Positions 9,489 to 16,940 of a stretch of DNA of 64,000 nt are shown here, in pieces. Position numbers and translations under genes: made by a program. Positions within the stretch are counted from its first letter, which is position 1. The number at the start of each line of letters is the position of its first letter. The DNA comes from a virus. Taxonomy: Duplodnaviria > Caudoviricetes. The DNA lies in the IMG/VR virus record IMGVR_UViG_3300037312_001491, positions 1 to 64,000 of that record, one strand, 5' to 3'. Below the pieces are notes generated by a model. That model did no database searches, was not told the DNA's origin, and saw nothing but the letters and a program-made list of their open reading frames with translations.

Positions 9489-10102
9489 CCCTCGGCCTTG
9501 TCGGGCTTGTCGGCGTCGCCCGCCTTCTCGGCCGCCGCGGCCTTCGGCTTCTTCGTCTTCTTCGCGCGCAGCTCGGCGACCTCGTCGGAGAGCTTCTTCA
9601 CCTGCTCCTGGAGCGTCTTGCGCTCGGCGAGGAGCTGGTTCAGGCGCTCGTCGCCACCGCCGGCAGCGTCAAGCTGTTCCTGCATCGTGCGCAGGTCGTT
9701 GAGCGCCTCCGTAAGGAGGTTGAGCGCGAACGCGACAGGGTCGGCGTCGGTCTTCTCGTCCGCTAGGCCGAGCGCGCGGATGCCGACCGCGAGGTTGACG
9801 AGCGCGTCCGCGCCGCCATCTGGCAGCGCCACGACGGGCGGGATGCCCGCGGCGGCGACCTCTGCCTCGGACGCGAGCGGCGCCGGGAACTCGTCGACCA
9901 GCTCCACGTCCGCGGCCGTGGCGGTCACGAAGAGACCGTCCGAGCGCAGGATGAGGAACACGAACTCCTTGCCCGACATCTCGGTAGCGACGACGGCGCC
10001 CTCGCAGTCGACGGCCGGCTGGCCGGTCTGCTCGTTGAGGTGGCGCCAGCGGACGCGCGGGCCGGTGAGCACGAGACCCATCGAGATGGTGCCGGCGTTC
10101 AC
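9485..10102 (-). CDS. Hypothetical protein with C-terminal coiled coil and Lys/Ala tail
   Basis: Heptad-like segment LNDLRTMQEQL...LQEQVKKLSDEVAEL. Confidence 0.55.
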   Translation of the reverse strand: MNAGTISMGLVLTGPRVRWRHLNEQTGQPAVDCEGAVVATEMSGKEFVFLILRSDGLFVTATAADVELVDEFPAPLASEAEVAAAGIPPVVALPDGGADALVNLAVGIRALGLADEKTDADPVAFALNLLTEALNDLRTMQEQLDAAGGGDERLNQLLAERKTLQEQVKKLSDEVAELRAKKTKKPKAAAAEKAGDADKPDKAEG

Positions 10103-10368
10103 GAGAGCACCGCCTTGGCGGCGATGATGCGCGCGGCGACGGAGGTGTTCTCGTCGTCGCGGAGCGCGAGTGTGCTAAGGGTGGCCTTGATGTCTTTGAT
10201 CATGTCGAACATCTCCTCGTGCCTGGACTTCCAGCGGTTGGCGTAGCCGAGCAGGGTGACGGCGGCGTCGACCCGGTCGACGGTTGGGAGCTTCTCGTTC
10301 CCGATGGTCGCAAGGAGGAACTCCACGACGGGAAGGTCGGGGTCGGGCTTCGCGGGTTCGTTGTCCAT
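10099..10368 (-). CDS. Hypothetical protein
   Basis: ORF with GC3 bias, overlapping next gene. Confidence 0.5.
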   Translation of the reverse strand: MDNEPAKPDPDLPVVEFLLATIGNEKLPTVDRVDAAVTLLGYANRWKSRHEEMFDMIKDIKATLSTLALRDDENTSVAARIIAAKAVLS

Positions 10369-10388
10369 GTCCCGTAGACGCCTTGGGC

Positions 10389-10417
10389 TTGCGTCGAATT
10401 CCGCCTGGTGCTACGAA
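10389..10417 (+). promoter_or_regulatory. Promoter of tRNA-Leu cluster (leaderless leader ORF follows)
   Basis: TTGCGT-N17-TACGAA then ACAGTC-ATG. Confidence 0.55.
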
Positions 10418-10423
10418 ACAGTC

Positions 10424-10489
10424 ATGCACCGGTTCCGCCACATCGTCGCCCTGCGGCTACTTGTCGCGGCGCAGTTGCGCGCGAACTGA
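10424..10489 (+). CDS. Putative Leu-sensing leader peptide MHRFRHIVALRLLVAAQLRAN
   Basis: Four Leu residues with four different codons (CTG, CTA, CTT, TTG); stop is 7 nt before first tRNA-Leu. Confidence 0.6.
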   Translation: MHRFRHIVALRLLVAAQLRAN

Positions 10490-10496
10490 TCCTCTC

Positions 10497-10571
10497 GCCG
10501 GCGTAGCCCAGGCAGGTAGAGGCAACGGTCCCAAACACCGCCCAGCGCGGGTTCGAGTCCCGCCGCCGGCA
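10497..10571 (+). tRNA. trnL: tRNA-Leu(CAA), short variable loop
   Basis: GCCGGCG/CGCCGGC acceptor, loop CC-CAA-AC, GTTCGAGTC T-loop. Confidence 0.8.
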
Positions 10572-10572
10572 C

Positions 10573-10645
10573 GTCGCGGTAGCCCAATGGCAGAGGCAGC
10601 AGGTTGAGAGCCTGTCCAGTGCGGGTTCGAGTCCCGCCCACGGCA
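10573..10645 (+). tRNA. trnL: tRNA-Leu(GAG), short variable loop
   Basis: Anticodon stem GCAGG/CCTGT, loop TT-GAG-AG, T-arm GCGGG-TTCGAGT-CCCGC. Confidence 0.85.
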
Positions 10646-10649
10646 CGAC

Positions 10650-10723
10650 GCCATCGTAGCGCAATTGGTAGAGGCGCCAGACTCAGGATCTGGTTAGTGC
10701 GGGTTCGAGTCCCGCCGATGGCA
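10650..10723 (+). tRNA. trnL: tRNA-Leu(CAG), short variable loop
   Basis: GCCATCG/CGATGGC acceptor, CCAGA-CTCAGGA-TCTGG. Confidence 0.9.
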
Positions 10724-11117
10724 CGACTAGCCGGGGATGCCCCGGCACTCCCAGCACCACCCGCACCGGTGCTCCGGGCAGCAGTGCAGCTCGCGTCGCG
10801 GGTCGACGACGTTGCAGCGCAGCTCGCGCCGCGCCTCGACGCTCGCGCGGTAGGAGGCGCGTTCGTCGTAGCGAGCGGCCGCCTCGCGGACGATCTGCCC
10901 GATGGTCGGCGGCACGTACTCGATCCACTCGGGCGAGGCGATGGCCGGCTCCGTCTGCTTGTAGAGGGAGCACCAGGTGTAGCCACCGGTGTTGATGCGG
11001 CGGACGTGGGGCTGTGCGTACGGACGGTGAGCGGCCCGGACCAGGCCACAGGCGTCGCAACCGCGTCGCGGGTCGGTGGCCGGCGCGTTGTGCGGGTTCG
11101 TGACCGCGTAATCGTGG

Positions 11118-11453
11118 TCAGGTGCCACGGAGCCCTCCGCCAGTCTCGCTGTTGCACCCTGCGCACGCGGGGCGGATGTTGCCGCGGACGTAGCGCCCGC
11201 CCTTGCAGCCGGGCACGATGCGGTCGACGGTGACGGTCTGCTCGGTGAGCAGTGTCCCGCAGCGGTAGCAGCGGCAGACCGGCACGCCGCCACCGAGAAA
11301 GACGGTGCTGTTGACGTTCGGGTCAACACAGAGGTCGACGTTCGCGCGCCACGCCGTGACCAGCCAGCGCCGCCGCGCCGCGCGGTCGCGCGAATTGCCG
11401 CGGGCGTTGCTGTTGCTCGTGCCACGCGTAGCGGGTTGCGACTGGCCGGTCAT
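11118..11453 (-). CDS. HNH endonuclease-family protein
   Basis: CYRCG...VTVDRIVPGCKGGRYVRGNIRPACAGCNS. Confidence 0.75.
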   Translation of the reverse strand: MTGQSQPATRGTSNSNARGNSRDRAARRRWLVTAWRANVDLCVDPNVNSTVFLGGGVPVCRCYRCGTLLTEQTVTVDRIVPGCKGGRYVRGNIRPACAGCNSETGGGLRGT

Positions 11454-11818
11454 CGGAAGATGCAGGTGGTCGGTTCGACCACGGCCCAGTCGTTGGAGGT
11501 GGCGTCGAGGACGATGGGGAACAGCAGCTCCAGGAGCAGGACGTCCCCGATGACGTAGCGGGTCTGGACGGTCGCGTGCACGTAGCATGTGCCGATGACG
11601 CTGTCGCCAACGCGCGCCGTGATGGCGTGGTCGTGACGCCCCTCGACGTAGAGGCGGTGGTGGTCGGCGCGGCCGACCGGAACGTCGTCAACGGTGAACT
11701 CCGCCGACATAGGCACTGGCACGGTGATGGGCACGTCGGTGGCGTCGTTGAACATGCGGCCGCAGGCCGGCAGAGCACCGGCAGCGATGAGGACGAGAGC
11801 GAGCAGGGCGGTCTTCAC
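11450..11818 (-). CDS. Putative lipoprotein (PEGA-like beta fold possible)
   Basis: GTG start, KTALLALVLIAAGALPAC lipobox, AEFTVDDVPVG. Confidence 0.55.
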   Translation of the reverse strand: MKTALLALVLIAAGALPACGRMFNDATDVPITVPVPMSAEFTVDDVPVGRADHHRLYVEGRHDHAITARVGDSVIGTCYVHATVQTRYVIGDVLLLELLFPIVLDATSNDWAVVEPTTCIFR

Positions 11819-12021
11819 GGGAACTCCTTCATGAACTTTTCGACGCGGTCCATTGCGGCCGCGGTCTTGTGTTTCCACTCGAAAGCGAGACGCGAGTCGG
11901 TGATGCGCGCCAGGTCGCCGGCCAGCGTCGCCGGGAAGGCCGCGAGCGACCACCCGGCCAGGGTCTTGAGGAGCTTGTCGCGCCGCTCGTGGAACTCGGC
12001 GTGCGGGTCGGACAGACCCAT
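11815..12021 (-). CDS. Hypothetical protein
   Basis: ORF packed in operon. Confidence 0.4.
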   Translation of the reverse strand: MGLSDPHAEFHERRDKLLKTLAGWSLAAFPATLAGDLARITDSRLAFEWKHKTAAAMDRVEKFMKEFP

Positions 12022-12044
12022 CTCGGAGGCGTAGTGACCCACGG

Positions 12045-12977
12045 CTAGTCGTCTCCGTAGGGGTCCCAGCCGACGACCGCGGCGTCCGCGGCCTGCTCGG
12101 CGTAGTGCGTCTCTTCGACCTTCGCGTTGAGGCGTGACTTCCACTCCTGCTGAGCGACCGCCCACTGCAACGGGGTGAGCGCCAGGTCGCCGACCTTGAT
12201 GTTGAGCACCGCACCGCGGTGGCCGCTGCCCTCCTCGCGGAGGTGCTCGTGCTGCATGGCGCGTTCGTAGCGCTCGAAGCACTGCGCGCGCGTGAGACCG
12301 TCGATGAGGTCGGGCTTGGGCGCCTTGTAGCCGCACGACACCGGCGCGGTCAGCGGCGCCTTGACGTCGGCCTCCGGGTAGTCGGTGAACAGCGCGTCGA
12401 GGAACAGCCAGCAGTAGCCGGTGCCGAACGGGCCGTCGGTCGGGCCCTGGGTGAGCGAGTCCTTCGCGGTCGCCGGGTGGACCTCGTTGATGAACGCCTG
12501 GAGTGGGATCCAGCGCGCACGCGAGCGGCACACGCCGCGCGGCACAGTCAGCGAGTCGACGACGCACGCGATGTGGCCCTCGTACTCGGTCACGTGCAGG
12601 ACCTTGACCGGGCAGATGTCGTCGAGGCGGACCCAGGTCAGCGGGCCGTTCTCTTCACCTATCCCCTTGGGTAGATCTTCGCCGGTGTCGCCGTCGAGGA
12701 AGGAGTACGGGCGGACCAAGAGGTTGTCGCTGCGCCCACTGAACAGGAACGAGTGCTCGACGTTGGCGGACACGTCCTTGGTGTTGACGATCGCGAACAG
12801 CCGGCCGTCGCGTTCGCGGCGGCCGATACACTTGACGGGAATCATGGTGGTCTCCTGGGGTGGGAGGAAGCAGCGGCAGTTCGGGGTGGGTGGCAGCATG
12901 GCGCGTAGCTCGCGGCGCCACTCCCTGCGAGCGGCGATCCAGTCGGCCGGGGACATCAGGTCCCCTTGAGCCACCAC
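12045..12977 (-). CDS. Hypothetical protein with a motif repeated at N- and C-terminus
   Basis: GDLMSPADWIAARREWRRELRA vs GDLALTPLQWAVAQQEWKSRLNA. Confidence 0.6.
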   Translation of the reverse strand: MVAQGDLMSPADWIAARREWRRELRAMLPPTPNCRCFLPPQETTMIPVKCIGRRERDGRLFAIVNTKDVSANVEHSFLFSGRSDNLLVRPYSFLDGDTGEDLPKGIGEENGPLTWVRLDDICPVKVLHVTEYEGHIACVVDSLTVPRGVCRSRARWIPLQAFINEVHPATAKDSLTQGPTDGPFGTGYCWLFLDALFTDYPEADVKAPLTAPVSCGYKAPKPDLIDGLTRAQCFERYERAMQHEHLREEGSGHRGAVLNIKVGDLALTPLQWAVAQQEWKSRLNAKVEETHYAEQAADAAVVGWDPYGDD

Positions 12978-13612
12978 GGCGTGACGCGCACAAACCTCGT
13001 CACGGTGTGCGCATCGTCGCCGCTGGTGACAAGACCAATTAGGTCACCGCCCATGTCGTAGACGGGCGAGCCGGAGTCCCCCTTGTACGTGGGGGCGTCG
13101 ACATACGGGCCGTGGAGGTCGCCGCAGGCGCGACCGCGCCGGGTCAGCACGCACGCTCGGTCGCCGATGCGGGCGAGCCTGGGCGGCGCCACACCGAGGC
13201 CGAAGCGATCGGCGTCGCCGATCAGCTCCAGGCGGGCGAGGTCGGTACCGTCGCCGAACATCTGCGCGTCGATGGTGACCTCGACCAGCCACTGCTTGCC
13301 GTTGGGCAGCGTGATGACGGCGGTCGGGATGTCCGGGCAGCGCACGGCGTGCGCGACCGTGAGCACGTGGCGCTCCGAGACAACCACGCCCGTGGCGACG
13401 CGGTGAGGGTACCACTCGATGTCTGAATCGAACTGGTGCGGGTCATCCGGCTCGCCGGTCTTGAACGGGGCCTCGGTCACGCAGTCGACGTCGACGCGGA
13501 CGATGGTGCCGTCCTGCGCGCCCGCCGCGCGCGGCGCGGGGTCCACGTGATGGAGGGGGAACAGGGAGCAGCCAGCCAGGCAGAGCAGGAGGAGGTGCAG
13601 CTTGCGGAGCAT
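12956..13612 (-). CDS. Trypsin-like serine protease, lipoprotein signal
   Basis: LLLLCLAGC lipobox; catalytic triad motifs VLTVAHAV, DLARL, GDSGSPV. Confidence 0.85.
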   Translation of the reverse strand: MLRKLHLLLLCLAGCSLFPLHHVDPAPRAAGAQDGTIVRVDVDCVTEAPFKTGEPDDPHQFDSDIEWYPHRVATGVVVSERHVLTVAHAVRCPDIPTAVITLPNGKQWLVEVTIDAQMFGDGTDLARLELIGDADRFGLGVAPPRLARIGDRACVLTRRGRACGDLHGPYVDAPTYKGDSGSPVYDMGGDLIGLVTSGDDAHTVTRFVRVTPWWLKGT

Positions 13613-13650
13613 GCCCAAGGGACGCCGCGTGGCGGCAATTTTGTTCCGCG

Positions 13651-13686
13651 AAAAAAGAAAAAACCCCGCCAAATCGGCGGGGTCTT
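13651..13686 (-). terminator. Rho-independent terminator of the rsr-yrl unit
   Basis: Minus strand AGACCCCGCC-GATTT-GGCGGGGTTTTTTCTTTTTT. Confidence 0.85.
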
Positions 13687-13695
13687 TAGAGAATA

Positions 13696-13827
13696 GACGG
13701 ATGAAAATTGAGCCAGGACTTTTGTACTTGCGCTCTATCCGCTGAGCTACGAGGCCCTTGCGATCCCCGGAGGGAGTTGAACCCTCGACCTCAAGTTCCG
13801 ATGGTGATCCTGATTCGACGACCCGCC
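13696..13827 (-). ncRNA. yrlA: YrlA-like Y RNA with tRNA-like domain
   Basis: Terminal stem GGCGGGT/ATCCGTC; T-arm GAGGG-TTCAACT-CCCTC precedes a GCAA-capped acceptor-like stem and D-arm TAGCTCAGCGGATAGAGC, the permuted order described for YrlA; adjacent to Ro gene. Confidence 0.8.
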
Positions 13828-13832
13828 AAAAA

Positions 13833-13915
13833 GTTGGTGGACAAAATGTGGCCTGGGGTGCCCTTTCGGGCGGTCATTTAGCAAATGGTAACCCAGAATC
13901 CGTCCGGCCCACCGT
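13833..13915 (-). ncRNA. yrlB: YrlB-like Y RNA
   Basis: 5' GGTGGGCCGG pairs with 3' TTGTCCACC leaving a bulged C, like the Ro-binding helix (GGUCCGA/UUGAC); lies directly after the Ro stop codon. Confidence 0.65.
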
Positions 13916-13944
13916 GTACAGATACTACGCGCCAGGCGGGCGCG

Positions 13945-15597
13945 CTATTCCTCGTCCTCGTTCTTTTCGACCGGCGCCGCCTCACCACGGACGAAATCCG
14001 AGATGATCGCAGGGAGTGCGGCGTCGAAGCCGACGACGTCCATCATGCCGGAGTCGCCGGGGTCGGCGATGGTTTGCGCGGTCGCGACCATGCCAACGAC
14101 AACCGAGCGCGCGTCGACGCCCGAACGCCGGCGGTAGTCCTGGAGCGCGATGTGCGGATGGCGCGCGCCGCGGAAGGTCTCGTTGTCCGTGTAGACGACG
14201 AAGCCGGCCGGCTTGGCGCCCGTCTGGATGGCCCACTCGAACGGCAGCGAGCAGTCCGTCGCGCCGTACGGGATGCGGCCCATGACGTGGCACGCCTCGG
14301 CGAGGCGCATCGACTTGTTGATCGGCACCTCGACGAAGTGGTGCGAGAACCCCATCAGGTGGTAGTTCGGCTCCGCGTGCGCCGTGACGAGCGCCATCGC
14401 CGCCGCGGCCTCGCGGCAGCTGAGCAGGCCGTTCGCGGTGCTGTGCGAGGTCATCGAGCCCGACACGTCGAGCGCGAGCAGCATCGGCTTGCCGACCGGC
14501 ACGACGTTGCCGAACGAGCCGTAGAACGCGGCATCGAGCGCGTCGTTGACGACCTGCACTGGCGTCCAGGACAGCTCGCCCTTGAGGCCGTGGCCGCGCC
14601 CGTACATCTTCGCCGCGATGAGCACGGCCATCGGGTGGACGCGCGAGCGGCGCAACGCCTCGCCATCGGCGAGACGGGCAGCGACGTACATCGACGCGTC
14701 CGACAGCGGCGCGATGAGGCCGACCGCGGTCATCTTGGCGAGGTTGCGGATCAGTGCGGTCGGCGGCATGCCGTACTTGCCGGCGCGCAGCAGCGCGTCC
14801 CACACCTCGACGTTGTTGAGGTGCTGCGTCGGGATGGCCTCGCGCGGCAGACCGTAGTCGCGGATGAGTGAGATGAGGCGCTTGACGTCGCACGTCTTGG
14901 CCTCCTCGAACGCCTGAATCGTCGCCGGCAGGACGAGCCCGTCGGCGTAGCTCGTGCGCGCCCACCGGTAGATCGCGCCGTGGTCGGGCGTCGCCGGATG
15001 CGGGTGCGCGAGCTTGATGAGATCGCGCGCGGCCCAGCCGTCGCGCTGCTGGTACTTCACCAGCTGGTACGCGAGGTCGGAGGCCGACTTCTCGTTGAAC
15101 CACTTCGCGACCGCGCGGCGCATGCCGCGGCCCCAGCCGTGTCCCATCGACTCGACGAACGCGACGAAGTGGTAGAGGTGCGTGCCGGTGCGGCAGACCT
15201 TGGGCAGCGCCTCGTAGGCGAGCTGGCGCGTGTTCTCGTGGTGGTGCCGCGCCTCGGGGTCCTCGACGCCGACGTTGGCGGCGATGGCGAGCGCGAAGAT
15301 GGCGGGGTTGTTCTTGGGCGCGCGGCCCGACTCCGAAATCTCGACGATGCGGCGGACCAGGCGCGCGCCGTCCGCGAGCGCGAGGCGCAACACGACGAGC
15401 GCGTTCTCGCGCGAGAGCTTGCGCTCGTCGACGTAGAACGTGCCGCCCTCGCTGCCGAGGATCAGGAAGCGGTCCAGGCGGGACCAGTCGTCGACGACGA
15501 AGCTGAATCCTCCTGCGTGGTTGGGTGCCTGGCTGGGGTGCGCCTGCTCGGTCTGCGGGACGGGTCCCAGGGCGTTCTTCAAGTGCTCGATCGACAT
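13945..15597 (-). CDS. rsr: Ro60/Rsr RNA-binding protein (TROVE + vWA)
   Basis: NHAGGFSF.VDDWSRLDRFLILGSEGGTFY, GRAPK, VCRTGTHLYHF, GWGRGMRRAV, LVKYQQRDGW, ALDVSGSM, VYTDNET. Confidence 0.95.
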   Translation of the reverse strand: MSIEHLKNALGPVPQTEQAHPSQAPNHAGGFSFVVDDWSRLDRFLILGSEGGTFYVDERKLSRENALVVLRLALADGARLVRRIVEISESGRAPKNNPAIFALAIAANVGVEDPEARHHHENTRQLAYEALPKVCRTGTHLYHFVAFVESMGHGWGRGMRRAVAKWFNEKSASDLAYQLVKYQQRDGWAARDLIKLAHPHPATPDHGAIYRWARTSYADGLVLPATIQAFEEAKTCDVKRLISLIRDYGLPREAIPTQHLNNVEVWDALLRAGKYGMPPTALIRNLAKMTAVGLIAPLSDASMYVAARLADGEALRRSRVHPMAVLIAAKMYGRGHGLKGELSWTPVQVVNDALDAAFYGSFGNVVPVGKPMLLALDVSGSMTSHSTANGLLSCREAAAAMALVTAHAEPNYHLMGFSHHFVEVPINKSMRLAEACHVMGRIPYGATDCSLPFEWAIQTGAKPAGFVVYTDNETFRGARHPHIALQDYRRRSGVDARSVVVGMVATAQTIADPGDSGMMDVVGFDAALPAIISDFVRGEAAPVEKNEDEE

Positions 15598-15786
15598 TCG
15601 GCCCTCCTCGCGAGTCTGTGATTGTCCAGGAGACGCGCGGTGCGCGCGAAAAATTCCGCGTGATTGTGTCGCCTCCGCCCGGCCGGAACCGCCAGGAATA
15701 CGTAAATTTACTAATTGACGATGTCCTTTCAGCCATGTAGCTATGGGCCACGCGCTTGCAGTGCGTTAACCTCGAAGGAGAGAGTC

Positions 15787-16392
15787 ATGGTGAACATCAA
15801 CGCGAATACGAGTTTGGAAGGTGTCGAGGCTACCATCACCACGCTCCAGGAGCAGATCGACGAGTTGAAGTCTCGTCTCCGCCTGGCGCGTGGAACGGAC
15901 GACCTCACCAAAGCCGCGGCCGATGCCGCACGCAACGCAGCCGCGGTCACGCCGCTGCCTCGGCCGCTGACGCTGGAGGAACAGATCGAGGCGCACCTGC
16001 GCCGACAGATCATGACCACCACGCAGCTCTCCAAGGCGCTCGGCGTGCCGACGGACCAGGTGCTCACCTCCATCAAGAGGATGCGCTCGAAGGTCCACAA
16101 CCTCGGCACGACCGACTGCGCGCGCTGGTCCTGGCGCATCGGCAGCGACGCCTCGCCGGCCGAGCTGCGCGCGCTGGTCGAGCGCCTCATCTCGTTCATG
16201 CCGCTGGAGTTTCGCGAGATCGTCACGGCCACCGGCGCTCGCGACGGCCTGGTGCAGGGTCACCTGGTGGAGCTGCGGAAGGTGAAGAACGTCGTCGACC
16301 TCGGCGCCGGTTCGTCGTCGAAGGCGCGGTGGTTCCTCATGCCCGAGAACGCTCGGGACGCCAGGCTGCCTCGTCGCGGCAAGACGGAATAG
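15787..16392 (+). CDS. Putative DNA-binding protein: N-terminal coiled coil plus two winged-helix-like repeats
   Basis: MTTTQLSKALGVPTDQVLTSIKRM...W and LEFREIVTATGARDGLVQGHLVEL...W; GAAGGAG RBS; TTGACG promoter at ~15715. Confidence 0.6.
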   Translation: MVNINANTSLEGVEATITTLQEQIDELKSRLRLARGTDDLTKAAADAARNAAAVTPLPRPLTLEEQIEAHLRRQIMTTTQLSKALGVPTDQVLTSIKRMRSKVHNLGTTDCARWSWRIGSDASPAELRALVERLISFMPLEFREIVTATGARDGLVQGHLVELRKVKNVVDLGAGSSSKARWFLMPENARDARLPRRGKTE

Positions 16393-16393
16393 C

Positions 16394-16422
16394 TTGACGA
16401 CCTCGCGCGTAGAAGGTATCAA
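16394..16422 (+). promoter_or_regulatory. Promoter of main tRNA array (leaderless leader ORF follows)
   Basis: TTGACG-N17-TATCAA then CCAGTC-ATG. Confidence 0.65.
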
Positions 16423-16428
16423 CCAGTC

Positions 16429-16557
16429 ATGATGACCAGGGCATCCACCGAAACGTTCGCGAAGCGCGCCAGCGCTGCGACGGTGTGGTGCGTCCGCGGT
16501 CACGAGTACCAGGGCACCATCAACCCGTCGGATGACGCGGAGGCCCTCGATAGCTGA
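16429..16557 (+). CDS. Putative attenuator leader peptide MMTRASTETFAKRASAATVWCVRGHEYQGTINPSDDAEALDS
   Basis: 42 codons, all 20 amino acids, 31 distinct codons; its 3' end forms one strand of an antiterminator. Confidence 0.7.
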   Translation: MMTRASTETFAKRASAATVWCVRGHEYQGTINPSDDAEALDS

Positions 16558-16582
16558 CCAGGCGTAATAGCCGAAAGCCGTC

Positions 16583-16620
16583 GAGGGCGCCCCGGGAAAC
16601 CGCGGCGCCCTTTTCGTTTT
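16583..16620 (+). terminator. Intrinsic terminator (attenuator) upstream of tRNA array
   Basis: GAGGGCGCC-C-CGG-GAAA-CCG-C-GGCGCCC followed by TTTTCGTTTT. Confidence 0.85.
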
Positions 16621-16621
16621 C

Positions 16622-16709
16622 GGGAGCGCAGACCGGCGTGGCTCCGGGCCTGGCCGTAACCCAGGCTGCCTTCGGGCACAGGATGGTTCGATTCCGTCCG
16701 CTCCCACCA
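16622..16709 (+). tRNA. trnY: tRNA-Tyr(GTA), long variable arm
   Basis: GGGAGCG/CGCTCCC, CCTGG-CCGTAAC-CCAGG, CCA end. Confidence 0.8.
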
Positions 16710-16787
16710 CCCCCCTCTCACCCAGGGGACTGACAACTGAATAGCTGACGACGACGAGGTCGGGCCCGCGTGGGCTCGGCCATTCAC

Positions 16788-16861
16788 TCGGGGATCGTTC
16801 AATGGTAGGACGTCGGTTTCTGGAACCGGCTATCCAGGTTCGAGTCCTGGCCCCCGATCCA
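16788..16861 (+). tRNA. trnQ: tRNA-Gln(CTG)
   Basis: Loop TT-CTG-GA, T-arm CCAGG-TTCGAGT-CCTGG, CCA. Confidence 0.9.
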
Positions 16862-16862
16862 T

Positions 16863-16935
16863 GTCCCTCGCGTATGGCTGGTGCGTACGCCTGGTTGAAG
16901 CCCAGGAGGCTGAGGTTCGATTCCTCGGGGGGACA
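16863..16935 (+). tRNA. trnF: tRNA-Phe(GAA)
   Basis: CCTGG-TTGAAGC-CCAGG. Confidence 0.85.
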
Positions 16936-16940
16936 CGAGA

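Noticed and set aside
10497-10723. CRISPR-like repeats (GCGGGTTCGAGTCCCGCC three times)
   Set aside because: These are T-arms of three tandem tRNA-Leu genes
13644-15660. Short direct repeats (TTCCGCG / CGCGAAAAA) flanking the Ro module as insertion scars
   Set aside because: Too short and one copy is part of the terminator U-tract
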